DNA of 64,000 bases, from IMG/VR virus record IMGVR_UViG_3300046170_000505. One strand, written 5' to 3'. Under the pieces are notes generated by a model. The model worked only from the letters and a program-made list of their open reading frames with translations, searched no databases and was not told the origin of the DNA. This document shows positions 24,186 through 34,244 of the stretch, piece after piece. Within the stretch, counting starts at the first letter, position 1. Each line of letters starts with the position of its first letter. Position numbers and translations under genes: made by a program. The stretch is from a virus.

Positions 24186-25940
24186 AATTATTAAAAGACA
24201 TTATAGATAATTGGGGTTTCGTAGACTCCAAGCAACTAAAAGAACTTGTGGAATATTTTCCATCAGTACCATTGGTTATTAAGTGGGGCATGAGAGAAAG
24301 AGAGATTTTCAAGGCTTGCGAAGTATCCAAACGCATAGAGAAAGTTGAGTCCGAATCAGACGACTATGTTCGTGAAGTTTTCATTAACGCAGGAAACTTA
24401 AAAAAGTTAAGAGAAGTATTGGGGGTAAAAGCGTGAAACAACTATTAGTTAAGATACCTATGTCACAATCTATTCAAGAAGTTATTGATTACATTTATTA
24501 TAGCGAGATGGAGGGTAGAGAGGACGAAACAGATTCGTGGTATACCACCTATAAAAGTTTATTAGAGTTAAAAGAAAAAGTATTAGATGAGGAGGATATG
24601 ACATGAGAAGTTGGGAAGAAAGAGACATAGTTGATATATTAAAAGAGCGACATGGCGAATTGAATAAAGCGTCAGTTGAGTTATCCGAAGGTGGCGATCA
24701 TGAAGGCTCAGATGCAATTGATGATGACCTTTTAATTATCGAAGATTTTTTAGAGAAACAATTCAGTGTCAAGTGGTACGGCACACAATTCCTCAGAATA
24801 CCAATCAAAGGATAAACATGAATAAATTAATGGAAGCACACAAAAGAAAACTATCGCCTGAGTCATCAATTGTCGCAGCAATCAATGGAATTGCAGATGA
24901 ACTATATGAGTTGAGAAAAGAGAACAGAGATCTTCAAGGCGAATTAAAAAACATAGCGGGGTCTCTCGATTATGTTAGTCAATACCTCTACGACATTAGT
25001 TGGGAGCTAAAGAAAAACAGAGAAAAAAGTATTGACAAAGAAGTTCAACTAAGTTAGATTTATATTATGACAGAAAAAACAATAGTAGCAGACACACCCG
25101 AAGCGATAGACCGATTCCGATTGGTAGCTCTTAAAGGAGCGTTAAAGATGGAGGTTCTTGGTATGACAAGACGAGGTCAATCAGTCTATTCAATCGTAAA
25201 ACAAGAGTTCGGATTTAAAGGCAACAAGGTATCCGTACTAAAACAACTAGAACAAAAAATTAAGGAGATTATTTAAAATGACTAAAGCACAAATCGAATC
25301 AAGAGTAGAAGGTTGGAATTGGAACATGAACATCTTTGAGATATACGATGAACTCAGAGACGGGCATACGGGAGAACAACAAGAGCAACTTTTAACTTTT
25401 GCTTATAATTATTTCAATAAAGATTCAGCTATCGCAGATTTAGCATGTCACTTCGGCATCACTATTGAAACAGACGAAGACTCACCAATCCCTTGCTAAG
25501 ATGAGAATAGAAGAAAGAATGATAGATTATGCCCAAAAGTGGTATGAAGTAAACGACCTAGAGACAGAGAAAAAGAACGGAAACGATCTTTATCTTCGAG
25601 TCAATGACAATGTATTTACTGAAGTCTCACACTGCGACATCAGACAAAAAGCCATGCTATGGTTAGAATCAGAATTAGAAGGAGTAAACAATTATTAAAA
25701 TGAACAATTACATAGAAGGAGTTTGCATCGGAAGTCCAATTGACTTACCCGAATACGATGAACAAGCAGAGCAATGGAAACTATGGTTTGAAGAGTCCGA
25801 GACCCCATACCACCCATACGACGAATTGCTTAGGGAGAACATTAATTTTCCTGATCTAATTTCTTATAGTTGTGACTCAGCCGAAGAGGCTTGCGAGCTT
25901 TACAACTATTACAACCAAAACCCTGTAACAAAGGACGCCA

Positions 25941-26171
25941 ATGAAACTACTAACTAAAATTCTTAACGCAGTTAAACCAAAGTACAAGCTTGTTTACCGT
26001 ACAGCTAACGGAGCAACTGCAATGTATACAATCACCAAGCCAAAACACAAAGGCGAGTTCGGCAACATGACCGAAGGCAAAGATGTTGTCGGCTTTAAAT
26101 CTTGGTGCTTTAATCGAAATGGATTTAGGTCTTTTCGTTATGATCGCATCGTAAGCCTAATAAAGGGATAA
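25941..26171 (+). CDS. WYL-like small protein
   Basis: C-terminal FRSFRYDRI motif. Confidence 0.45.
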   Translation: MKLLTKILNAVKPKYKLVYRTANGATAMYTITKPKHKGEFGNMTEGKDVVGFKSWCFNRNGFRSFRYDRIVSLIKG

Positions 26172-26341
26172 TTATTATGACACTACAACAAAAACTAAGG
26201 GCTCTCGGGCACCAATTGGCTGAGGCAGAACTATACGGGTTTAACATCCCTCAACCTCTAGACGCGAAGCATTACTACATGCTTAATAAGTTTTACAAAT
26301 TCAAAACTCGCAAATAGCAAATAACCTTTCCTCCACTACTA

Positions 26342-26382
26342 GCCCCGTCTTTGGTTGAGTTATGCCAAGGACGGGGTTTTTT
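26342..26382 (+). terminator. Rho-independent terminator
   Basis: GCCCCGTCTTTGG...CCAAGGACGGGGT stem followed by a T-run. Confidence 0.75.
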
Positions 26383-26383
26383 A

Positions 26384-26450
26384 TAAAGTACTGAGCATCA
26401 ACAACTTACGCGGGCCTGGGCCGCCTAAGCCCTTGATTACCAAGGACTTA
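26384..26450. repeat. 67-bp double-palindrome element, copy 2
   Basis: TAAAGTACTGAGCATCAACAACTTA-CGCGGGCCTGGGCCGCC-TAAGCCCTTGATTACCAAGGACTTA. Confidence 0.9.
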
Positions 26451-26463
26451 GGGGCTTTAAGGG

Positions 26464-26775
26464 TTAAGACCTCTCTAAGCTCATTTGATTGAGGGATTGA
26501 AAGCAGAAAGCGTTACTGGCAGGAGTATCCTCGCCATACTTTTCAGCATAATCAACCCAAGACACGGCAGTCTTTCCATGATCTTTTTCGCACTCAGCTT
26601 TTGCGACTGCTTTGACTGCATCCGCAACTTGTTTTGATCCGAGAATATCGTGACCTTCGGCAAGTGAGAGAATGACTTGACCTACATATCTGTTGAGGTC
26701 TTCTATGCTATATGCATTTTTTCCGATTTTCATTCTTACTGCTGATTCGAGTAGTTCTTGTGGTAGTAGTGACAT
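26464..26775 (-). CDS. Hypothetical protein, single inverted cassette between copies 2 and 3
   Basis: 103-aa ORF with an AAGGA ribosome-binding site; TTGACA on the - strand at 26838-26843. Confidence 0.75.
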   Translation of the reverse strand: MSLLPQELLESAVRMKIGKNAYSIEDLNRYVGQVILSLAEGHDILGSKQVADAVKAVAKAECEKDHGKTAVSWVDYAEKYGEDTPASNAFCFQSLNQMSLERS

Positions 26776-26869
26776 ATTTTTCCTTTTGTTAGTGTTGTTA
26801 TTTAATTATTCCTAATATTAAGGCATATATTAGCCCGTGTCAACGATTTTTTTTATTTTTTTTATTACA

Positions 26870-26936
26870 TAAGTCGCTGCCATTCAACGACTTACAACGC
26901 TTCCCCCCGCGCAAGTCCTTGATATACAAGCACTTA
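26870..26936. repeat. 67-bp double-palindrome element, copy 3 (divergent spacer)
   Basis: TAAGTCGCTGCCATTCAACGACTTA-CAACGCTTCCCCCCGCG-CAAGTCCTTGATATACAAGCACTTA. Confidence 0.85.
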
Positions 26937-27002
26937 CAACAAAAGCACATTTTATTAAACTTTTTTCTTTACAAAGTACAAAAATTAGCTTACTATGTAT
27001 AT

Positions 27003-27122
27003 ATGAAAGTGAGAGAGATAAAGATAAGAAAAACAATCCTTTTTACAAAGGCTCGCCCATTCAAAATGAAGAATAAAATTTTAGACAGAAAAACAAAACA
27101 CAAAAAACAATATGAATATTAA
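27003..27122 (+). CDS. 39-aa highly basic peptide, leaderless
   Basis: ATG 6 nt after TTTACA-17-TACTAT; MKVREIKIRKTILFTKARPFKMKNKILDRKTKHKKQYEY. Confidence 0.6.
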   Translation: MKVREIKIRKTILFTKARPFKMKNKILDRKTKHKKQYEY

Positions 27123-27395
27123 AAAAGAATTCTCTCCCTCAGATCGCCCAAGTGCTATTGATGCTATGGATCATGGCATGAGCTACATTTGGGAAAACTT
27201 TATCGAGCCACGCATCAAAGATGGCGGGATTGAAGAAATTGATCTTGACTTGCTTGCCCAACTAGGTCTTATCTTTAAAGACATTGCAGAAAAAGCCGAG
27301 GCATACTATGCTATGGAAGAAAAAAAGTTTACCGATTCCCATAATTATTTAAATTAACTATTGACAGAAAACCTAAATTATATATTATTAAAGCT

Positions 27396-28271
27396 ATGAA
27401 TAACACAGAAAACAATCAAGTCGTTCCCACTAACAGAGTTAACCTTCACATCATGGGCGGTAATCGTTCTATTGTCGATTACGGAGATGTGGTAAATGTC
27501 GTGACTCCTCCTGTCAGTTACAGAGAGAAGCCAAACAAGAGAACAGGTGAGTTCTCTGTTTCTCATCAACCAATCCCACATCACGATTTAGTGGATCGCA
27601 CTAAGGGGTTTCTAGAAACAGGTGGATTCACTATTCATGACGAGCTTCATTCGCTTGCTCGTGATGGCAACCATTATTTTGGTTTGTTCTCCGTTGATCA
27701 TCCTAATCGCAAACCATCCGAAAGAGGTTGCGTTATTGGTCTACGCAATTCTCACGACAAGACATTTCCTGCGGGTTTGTGTGCAGGTGATGCTCCTTTT
27801 GTTTGTGATAATCTCATCTTTACCAATACCATCAAGTTGTCTCGCAGACATACTTGCAACATTGAGAAAGACCTTAACTTCACTATCAATCGTGCATTGG
27901 GTAAGTTGTTCGATTTTTGGATCGGTCAAGATAATCGCATCGAGGCTTATCAAAACTTTGAGCTTACCAATTCTCAAGCCAATGATCTTATCATCAACGC
28001 TTGTAAAGCAGGTGCTTGTGCAAAGTCTAAGGTAATGGATATTGTGGATCAATGGGAATCTTCCGATCATCCCGAATTTTGGGATCGCAACGCTAATTCC
28101 CTTTACAATGCTTTTACCGAGGTTTACAAAGGTAATCTTGTAGCTTTGCCTAAAAGATCAGAGGCTCTTCATTCTGTTCTTGACTCTGTTGTCGATTTCA
28201 GAATGGACAATTTTTTAACTGCCGAACCCATTGAAAGGGCGGTAGTTGAAGGCGAAATAGTTTCTGTCTAA
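27396..28271 (+). CDS. DUF932/DUF945-family protein
   Basis: PIPH, GLRNSHDK, FVCDNL and RRHT motifs; leaderless TTGACA promoter at 27361. Confidence 0.8.
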   Translation: MNNTENNQVVPTNRVNLHIMGGNRSIVDYGDVVNVVTPPVSYREKPNKRTGEFSVSHQPIPHHDLVDRTKGFLETGGFTIHDELHSLARDGNHYFGLFSVDHPNRKPSERGCVIGLRNSHDKTFPAGLCAGDAPFVCDNLIFTNTIKLSRRHTCNIEKDLNFTINRALGKLFDFWIGQDNRIEAYQNFELTNSQANDLIINACKAGACAKSKVMDIVDQWESSDHPEFWDRNANSLYNAFTEVYKGNLVALPKRSEALHSVLDSVVDFRMDNFLTAEPIERAVVEGEIVSV

Positions 28272-28292
28272 ATAAGGATCAGCCCATCCTTA

Positions 28293-28318
28293 GCCCCCTC
28301 TTCGGAGGGGGTTTTTTT
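28293..28318 (+). terminator. Rho-independent terminator
   Basis: GCCCCCTC-TTCG-GAGGGGGT-TTTTTT. Confidence 0.9.
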
Positions 28319-28335
28319 GTGCCCTTTTATTTACG

Positions 28336-28402
28336 CAACTCGTTGGTAATCAACGACTTGCGCGGGCCAGGCCCGCGTAAGTACTTGCAGTTCAACTACT
28401 TA
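28336..28402. repeat. 67-bp double-palindrome element, copy 4
   Basis: The spacer CGCGGGCC-A-GGCCCGCG is itself a perfect inverted repeat. Confidence 0.9.
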
Positions 28403-28468
28403 CGACAAAGTGCAATTTAATCGATCTTTTTTCTTTACAAGATACTAGTTTTGTGGCATAGTATACTT

Positions 28469-28675
28469 ATGAAAGAAACAGTAAAAGTATTAATGTCCCG
28501 TGATGGTTTAACCCAAGCTGAGGCGGTAAAACAAGTAAAAGATTTCTTTCTTGCAATGCAAGAAGATATCCAAAGCGGAGGAGATCCTTTTTCCTGGGAA
28601 AACGATTTTGTTCAAGAGTTTGGTCTTGAGCCTGACTACTTTGAAGATTTTATTTTTTCGCTTGCAGTTATTTAA
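28469..28675 (+). CDS. Small acidic phage protein (LM.RDG.T..EA...FGLEPDY type), leaderless
   Basis: Start corrected to the ATG 6 nt after TTTACA-17-CATAGT. Confidence 0.7.
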   Translation: MKETVKVLMSRDGLTQAEAVKQVKDFFLAMQEDIQSGGDPFSWENDFVQEFGLEPDYFEDFIFSLAVI

Positions 28676-28696
28676 CAATTCAACTATTATTCTTTT

Positions 28697-29434
28697 ATGA
28701 TTAAGCAAACATTACTCACTTCAGGCAACGCTAAAATTACTAAGGGCGAAGCATTCGGATATTTAACAAAAGGCATTCATTTAGCTCCCGCCAATTTGTC
28801 AGGCTACGAAGTTTGCCGTTGGCGTTCAAAAGGTTGCACTATGGCTTGTCTCAACACGGCAGGTCGTGGACAAATGAATTCCGTTCAAGATTCACGCATT
28901 GCTAAGACAAAGTTATTCTTTGAGCAAAGATTTGACTTTCTTTCAAAACTATCAAAAGAAATTACTTCCACGATAAAGTCAGCAAGCAAAAAGAGCTTGC
29001 AAGCGGTGTTTCGTCCTAACCTTACAAGCGATATCGCATGGGAAGATATTGTCAATGAAGATGGAGTGAATTTGTTTGAGAAGCATAACTCAATTCAATT
29101 TTATGATTATACTAAATCATTTAAGAGAATGTGTTCTTTCCTTAACAAACCTTTCATTAAGGGTGAGTCAAAGTTTCCTTCAAATTATCACTTAACTTTT
29201 TCTTGCTCAGAACATAACGAAGAAAAATGCAAAATGGTTCTTTCAATGGGTGGCAATGTCGCTGTAGTCTTTCGCAACGAATTACCTAAAACTTGGAACG
29301 GGTACGAGGTTGTCAATGGTGATGAATCGGACTTGCGTTTCCTAGACAAAAAAGGTGTCGTTGTTGGGCTTATCGAAAAAGGTCTTGCTAAAAAAGACTT
29401 GACGGGATTCGTTAAAGAAGGTATAAATTCATAA
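28697..29434 (+). CDS. GP88-like phage protein (Cys-cluster enzyme-like)
   Basis: C....GC...CL..AGRG, R.N.TSDI.WE, FYDYTK, NYHLTFS and GD..DLRFLD motifs. Confidence 0.75.
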   Translation: MIKQTLLTSGNAKITKGEAFGYLTKGIHLAPANLSGYEVCRWRSKGCTMACLNTAGRGQMNSVQDSRIAKTKLFFEQRFDFLSKLSKEITSTIKSASKKSLQAVFRPNLTSDIAWEDIVNEDGVNLFEKHNSIQFYDYTKSFKRMCSFLNKPFIKGESKFPSNYHLTFSCSEHNEEKCKMVLSMGGNVAVVFRNELPKTWNGYEVVNGDESDLRFLDKKGVVVGLIEKGLAKKDLTGFVKEGINS

Positions 29435-29684
29435 TGGACTATTACGATTCAGCCGAAAACATTGGGATAACGCAAGATCGTGCTTTGCAAGAATTAGCAA
29501 GCCACGGGATTACATCTAACGAGGATATTATAGAATTCTTCAAGGATATGGGTGAGCATGAAGAATATGATGCTCAAGAAGTTTTGATTTGGTTAGGGTA
29601 TTAATTGCCCATTTTTAACGCGGGCATCAAATACGCAAAACTTTTCGCCCAGGCTAGCCCCAGGAAGAAAAACTTTTAACCCCG

Positions 29685-29751
29685 TAAGTCGCTGACTGTC
29701 AACGACTTGCGCGGGCCTAGGCCGCGTAAGTGCCTGATATACAACAACTTG
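29685..29751. repeat. 67-bp double-palindrome element, copy 5
   Basis: Same 25-17-25 architecture. Confidence 0.9.
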
Positions 29752-29817
29752 TGACAATCTGCAAAAAAACTTAACTTTTTTCTTTACATGATAGGTTATT
29801 TATGCGATATTATAACC

Positions 29818-30024
29818 ATGAAACATACAGGAAACTCAATCAGAAAAGTCATTAAACAACTGAAGAAATGCGTGGACATCACAAGCATTCAAAGAACTGC
29901 AAACGGATATATGATCTGTGCCAAGAATGGCGAACAGAATCTTATCCATGAAGGCTCAAACTGCTACCACCCACTTCGCAGATGGCTCAAAACTAACACA
30001 TCACTAAAAACACTAAAATTCTAA
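29818..30024 (+). CDS. Small basic protein (possibly HicA-like fold), leaderless
   Basis: Start corrected to the ATG after TTTACA-17-GATATT; the fold call is tentative. Confidence 0.55.
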   Translation: MKHTGNSIRKVIKQLKKCVDITSIQRTANGYMICAKNGEQNLIHEGSNCYHPLRRWLKTNTSLKTLKF

Positions 30025-30207
30025 TGATTACTATATCTCGCAACCAAAACTTCAGGGAATGGCTAAACATCACAATGTTCGGCAAACTCGTGGACAATGT
30101 AAAAAGCTCGGCACGAGCATATCATGTCGCCCAAAGGCTTCAAATTGAACATAAACAAAAAACTGGAGAAAAAGTCATAATCATTCAAAAAAATTAAATT
30201 TATATAT

Positions 30208-30310
30208 GTCCCCGCGTTCTATTTGATCTGCAAATCAGAGGAGATGAGAGAAATTTAGATTGCAGTCTTAATTAAACTCTTGCAGGTTCGACTCCTGCCG
30301 CGACAGGGAC
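30208..30310 (+). ncRNA. tRNA-like element or degenerate tRNA
   Basis: Perfect T-arm GCAGG-TTCGACT-CCTGC and a closing GTCCC/GGGAC + CGCG/CGCG stem; no D-arm and no CCA. Confidence 0.45.
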
Positions 30311-30320
30311 ACGCCTTTAG

Positions 30321-30387
30321 TAAGTCTTTGGTAACCAACGACTTACGCGGGCCTGGACCGCCTAAGTACTTGATAGTCAACAACTTA
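30321..30387. repeat. 67-bp double-palindrome element, copy 6
   Basis: Same 25-17-25 architecture. Confidence 0.9.
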
Positions 30388-30495
30388 CAAAAAAGTGCGT
30401 TTTTATTGTATTTTTTTCTTGCAACTTTTTATAAATTACCTTATTGTCTTATACATGATCAGGTTTATCTAAATTAACTTAAAAACATATATAAC

Positions 30496-31494
30496 ATGAA
30501 AGTACAAACTACAAACAAAACTAAAAAAGCATCAAAACTATCTTTTGCTAGAAAACTTGGCAGATCAAAAGCTAAGATGGCTACAAAGTTAAGTGAAAGC
30601 GAAAAGATTGAGACTCAAGACTTTTTTGAAGAAAACTTCGTGAAAGATGATTACGAGTATTTACCCGTAACCTTTACTAGTGAAGATTTACCTTTGATAG
30701 AATACATGAAGTCTTCAGAGATAAACTCCAATAACAGACAAAAGGTTGCGGATAATGTTGCAAGATTATTTCGTTGTCTTAAAGCGGGCATATGGTATCA
30801 AGAAAATCTAGATATCCATGTAGCTAAAGAAGGTCACTTAATGAATGGACAACACACATTAGAGGCTGTAGCTCAATTTTTCTTGGATGCAAACACACCA
30901 AGTGGTTCTGAAGTACCAATCGGATTTAAGATTGGTTGCAATGAAGATGCAATGCCTTATTTGGACACCCAAAAGAAAAGAACCCCTGAGCAAAACCTTA
31001 TGATCGAAAATGTTTTACTTAACCCTACTCAAAAAGCTATTGTTTTAATTGAGGGAAAAAGAGTTATACATGGTAAGCCTTTTGGTTATAGTGGTCAAGT
31101 CAATTACTTTGAGTACGAAGATATCATTGAAGACAATAAAAGCATATTAACGGATGTCTTTAAAGACAGAGTCTTATCTAGAGATTTCCCACATAAATCT
31201 ATAGGCTATGCTTTGTTCTTGCTTGCAAAAGAGAATCAAGAATTAGCAGAAGATATCATGAATGAGATTTGTGATTCTCATAGCATGGAAAACAGGGGAA
31301 AGTCTTTCGCTGATCCAAAACAACTCGAAGAGCATTTGTTAGTCGAAATGTACAGAAGAGAAAAAAGGGATAAAATAGACACAATGAGTAGCAAGACTAA
31401 CAGAGATTGCTACCGCCAAGAAGAATTCTTTCCTATTGCGGTTGATTGGTTAGTCTCAAACCATAACATTGACAGAAAGGTTTTCAAAGCATGA
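30496..31494 (+). CDS. ParB/DGQHR-like N-terminal domain protein
   Basis: NNR...V......L..G.W....I.....G.LMNGQHTL.A motif. Confidence 0.55.
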   Translation: MKVQTTNKTKKASKLSFARKLGRSKAKMATKLSESEKIETQDFFEENFVKDDYEYLPVTFTSEDLPLIEYMKSSEINSNNRQKVADNVARLFRCLKAGIWYQENLDIHVAKEGHLMNGQHTLEAVAQFFLDANTPSGSEVPIGFKIGCNEDAMPYLDTQKKRTPEQNLMIENVLLNPTQKAIVLIEGKRVIHGKPFGYSGQVNYFEYEDIIEDNKSILTDVFKDRVLSRDFPHKSIGYALFLLAKENQELAEDIMNEICDSHSMENRGKSFADPKQLEEHLLVEMYRREKRDKIDTMSSKTNRDCYRQEEFFPIAVDWLVSNHNIDRKVFKA

Positions 31495-31836
31495 GCCACT
31501 ACATAAAGAAAGCAATTAACTCGTATCAAGAGCTAGCGTTCTACATTGGTAAGACTAGGTTATGCCCAATAACCCAAAGGGCTAATCCAAAGAATCAATC
31601 AGTATCTGACTTTGCAAAAAATGGTCAAATGTATTGGAAAACTATAATGCACATTGATGACCATAAATTGCATCCTGAGTTCGGGGAGTCATTCTTAATT
31701 AATTGTTTTAGAGATAAACTTAGCCACTTAGTCTTACTCAACAAAGACATACCTCACGCTATGGCATTAGTTTATGACAAAAAATCAGAGTCGCTCATAG
31801 ATAAGCTTTTTAAAGAGTTATCTTAACTTAATCGCG

Positions 31837-31903
31837 TAAGTCATTGATAGTCAGTGGCTTACGCGGGCCAGGGCCGCGTAAGTACTTGCGGGTCAACAAC
31901 TTA
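31837..31903. repeat. 67-bp double-palindrome element, copy 7
   Basis: Same 25-17-25 architecture. Confidence 0.9.
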
Positions 31904-31969
31904 CAACATAATGTAAAAAAACTTAACTTTTTTCTTGCGTTAATTAACTACATATGCGATAGTATTATC

Positions 31970-32332
31970 ATGATAGCAAAACAACAATTACTTAACTTCG
32001 ACAATCTCGCTTTCCATACTCATCCTTCTTGCGACAACGCAGTTATGGCTCAACTAAACATGGGCGACATAACTATTTCAGTTGTAGCAAACATTGCTAA
32101 TGGGGATAGTCTTTATGGTCATCTTGACGATGACGAGTACGAAGTTGCAATGTGGAAAAAAGGAAGTGCAGACATGATTCCTCTTGGTGTTGGAGACGAT
32201 GTCCTTGCAAGGCAAACTCCCGCTCAAGTCAGCAAGCTCATGAGAGACGCTCAACTTGACGGAGATGCTTGGGTTGATCTTCTCAGAAAGTTAAGAAAAG
32301 ACTTTCGTGACGACTTAGGACTTGACGACTAA
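31970..32332 (+). CDS. Conserved phage protein (ISVV...SLYG....YEVAM type), leaderless
   Basis: Start corrected to the ATG after TTGCGT-17-GATAGT; the longer N-terminus in the track translates the repeat. Confidence 0.7.
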   Translation: MIAKQQLLNFDNLAFHTHPSCDNAVMAQLNMGDITISVVANIANGDSLYGHLDDDEYEVAMWKKGSADMIPLGVGDDVLARQTPAQVSKLMRDAQLDGDAWVDLLRKLRKDFRDDLGLDD

Positions 32333-32968
32333 TCACAACTAAACTATATTACTATTATGACAGAAGAACAAAGAATCGCCATTATTAAAAACGCAGTCCT
32401 TGCTAGTCAAGGTTTCCAAAGTGCATCTGTTGACGAATTTGTTGCAGAAGTAAAAACGGAAGATATTGTCACTAGGCATGGATTACTTGATGCCCAAAAA
32501 GAAGATGTAGAAGATGAGAAGCAATTTCTTAACTCTGATTCAGCAGAAGACATCGAAGAAGAAGATCAAGACATGGGTGTTGTCAGCGATCAAATGAAAG
32601 GAGTCTACCAATCATGAGTTGGGATATTATATTATTCTTGCCTTGGCTTTTTGTTTTTTACATCATGTGGGAGGACTTAAAACATGGATGATCCTTTTTT
32701 TATAGCTACTACAATCGGTGGCAATAGTATGTTCGCTCTTATGGAAGTCGAAGGTAACGAAAAACCAAGACAAGGCGAACACAAGATTTCTGAATCTTGC
32801 TTAGAAGCAAACTTAGCCACGGGCAGATTCACCGATATAACAGAACAAGCGACAGGTGCATACGGCAAGCTATATGTCTTGACAGAAGAAATGCCTCAAG
32901 AATAAATAATAAATAAACAAATAGCAAATAATAATATAGCCCGCGATCTTCGATTTTTTAGTTTCTCG

Positions 32969-33035
32969 TAAGTCGTTGATATTCAACGACTTGCGCGGGC
33001 CTGGCCGCCCTAAGTGCTTGGCACTCAAGGACTTA
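32969..33035. repeat. 67-bp double-palindrome element, copy 8 (where + and - gene blocks converge)
   Basis: TAAGTCGTTGATATTCAACGACTTG-17 nt-TAAGTGCTTGGCACTCAAGGACTTA. Confidence 0.9.
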
Positions 33036-33040
33036 CGCGA

Positions 33041-33373
33041 TTAAATGAGATCGTAGTATTGTGGAGAGGTATCGACCTTATGGCTTATGGTGTCAATCTC
33101 CAATTCCACTCCAGCGAGCTGTTTCTTAGCTTCGTCTATTAATTCTTTTGGAGGGATTATTGGAAATCCATTTTTGCCCCATGCTTCCACCGATTCGATT
33201 TGGTCAAAGTATCCGACGATATGAGTTTCTGAAACTTGATCGCCATAAAGGGATTCGGTCTCATCTCTCCAAAAAGAGCAGGTCAGGATCATCTCAGAGA
33301 TTTCAGCGTTATCAATCGAAACGAAGAAAAGATCTTCGCTTGTATCTATATCATCAATGTTTATTTTATTCAT
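33041..33373 (-). CDS. Acidic hypothetical protein, cassette gene
   Basis: Stop codon 5 nt from copy 8; TTGACA on the - strand at 33402-33407. Confidence 0.7.
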   Translation of the reverse strand: MNKINIDDIDTSEDLFFVSIDNAEISEMILTCSFWRDETESLYGDQVSETHIVGYFDQIESVEAWGKNGFPIIPPKELIDEAKKQLAGVELEIDTISHKVDTSPQYYDLI

Positions 33374-33437
33374 ACCTTAATATCGCTTATATTTTGGCTT
33401 ATGTCAAACTTTTTGTTTGTTATTTTGAAAGTTTACA

Positions 33438-33504
33438 TAAACTATTGATATTCAACGACTTACGCGGGCCTGGCCGCCATAAGCGGCTGATAGCCAAAGA
33501 CTTA
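33438..33504. repeat. 67-bp double-palindrome element, copy 9
   Basis: Its terminal TTA is the TAA stop of ORF 33502..33738. Confidence 0.9.
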
Positions 33505-33738
33505 CGACAAATCCATTACAAGCTCGTCTAATCGTGGGTAGTCAAGCCCACTATCATTCCAGGCTACCCCATCAGGAGTTTGATAGCCTATTGAGCTATC
33601 ACCTGAAACCTCTCTTAACGAGTCAACAAAGACATCGTAAGAAGTGCAGTCTTTAGCAAAGCTGTAAAGACCTTCGTCGTTTTGTATCCATAATGCCACG
33701 TTCCAGGTGGCTCGATTTTTCCAGCCGTTATAGCTCAT
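33502..33738 (-). CDS. Conserved phage protein (YNGW.N.ATWNVALWI.NDE type)
   Basis: Characteristic N-terminal motif. Confidence 0.75.
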   Translation of the reverse strand: MSYNGWKNRATWNVALWIQNDEGLYSFAKDCTSYDVFVDSLREVSGDSSIGYQTPDGVAWNDSGLDYPRLDELVMDLS

Positions 33739-33864
33739 AGTTTCGAGGTGTTGTGCCCCGCCTTCCTCATAGAGTGAAGGGCTTCAGGGCGAGTCATATT
33801 GAATCGGGACATAAGATACATAAGCAAGTCATGACCCGTGAGTTGTTGATTTCTGTCTGTCATA

Positions 33865-34050
33865 TTAAGCGAATGCAAGCCAAAGAGCAAGGGCGTCGAT
33901 TTGCTCTTGAACGAGTTCCTTTTCTTGTTCTGCGTTGATGATTAGTTGTTGAGAGCGAATGCAACCTTCGTTTGCGATATCAGACTCTAGGTCGATAATT
34001 TGCTGAAGCTCGTTAATTCTGTCGAATAGGTTTCTAATTTTTTCTTTCAT
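33865..34050 (-). CDS. Small coiled-coil protein, leaderless
   Basis: TTTACA-17-TACTTT-6-ATG on the - strand. Confidence 0.65.
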   Translation of the reverse strand: MKEKIRNLFDRINELQQIIDLESDIANEGCIRSQQLIINAEQEKELVQEQIDALALWLAFA

Positions 34051-34177
34051 AAGTATAAAGTACCATAGTAAGTAAAGCTTGTAAAGTAAATTCGCACTTT
34101 TTTTGCAATTAATTGAAATACGGGCAAATAAGTTTTACCCCAGGCGGGCATCGATGCACAAAACTTTTAGTTTTTTG

Positions 34178-34244
34178 TAAGTCATTGCGTATCAACGACT
34201 TACGCGGGCCTGGGCCGCCTAAGCGGCTGATATTCAACGAGTTA
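34178..34244. repeat. 67-bp double-palindrome element, copy 10
   Basis: Contains the TGA stop of ORF 34234..34434. Confidence 0.9.

Noticed and set aside
33756-33790. Hairpin that looked like a small RNA
   Set aside because: It lies inside a plausible 42-aa minus-strand ORF (33735..33863) that is coupled to both neighbours.
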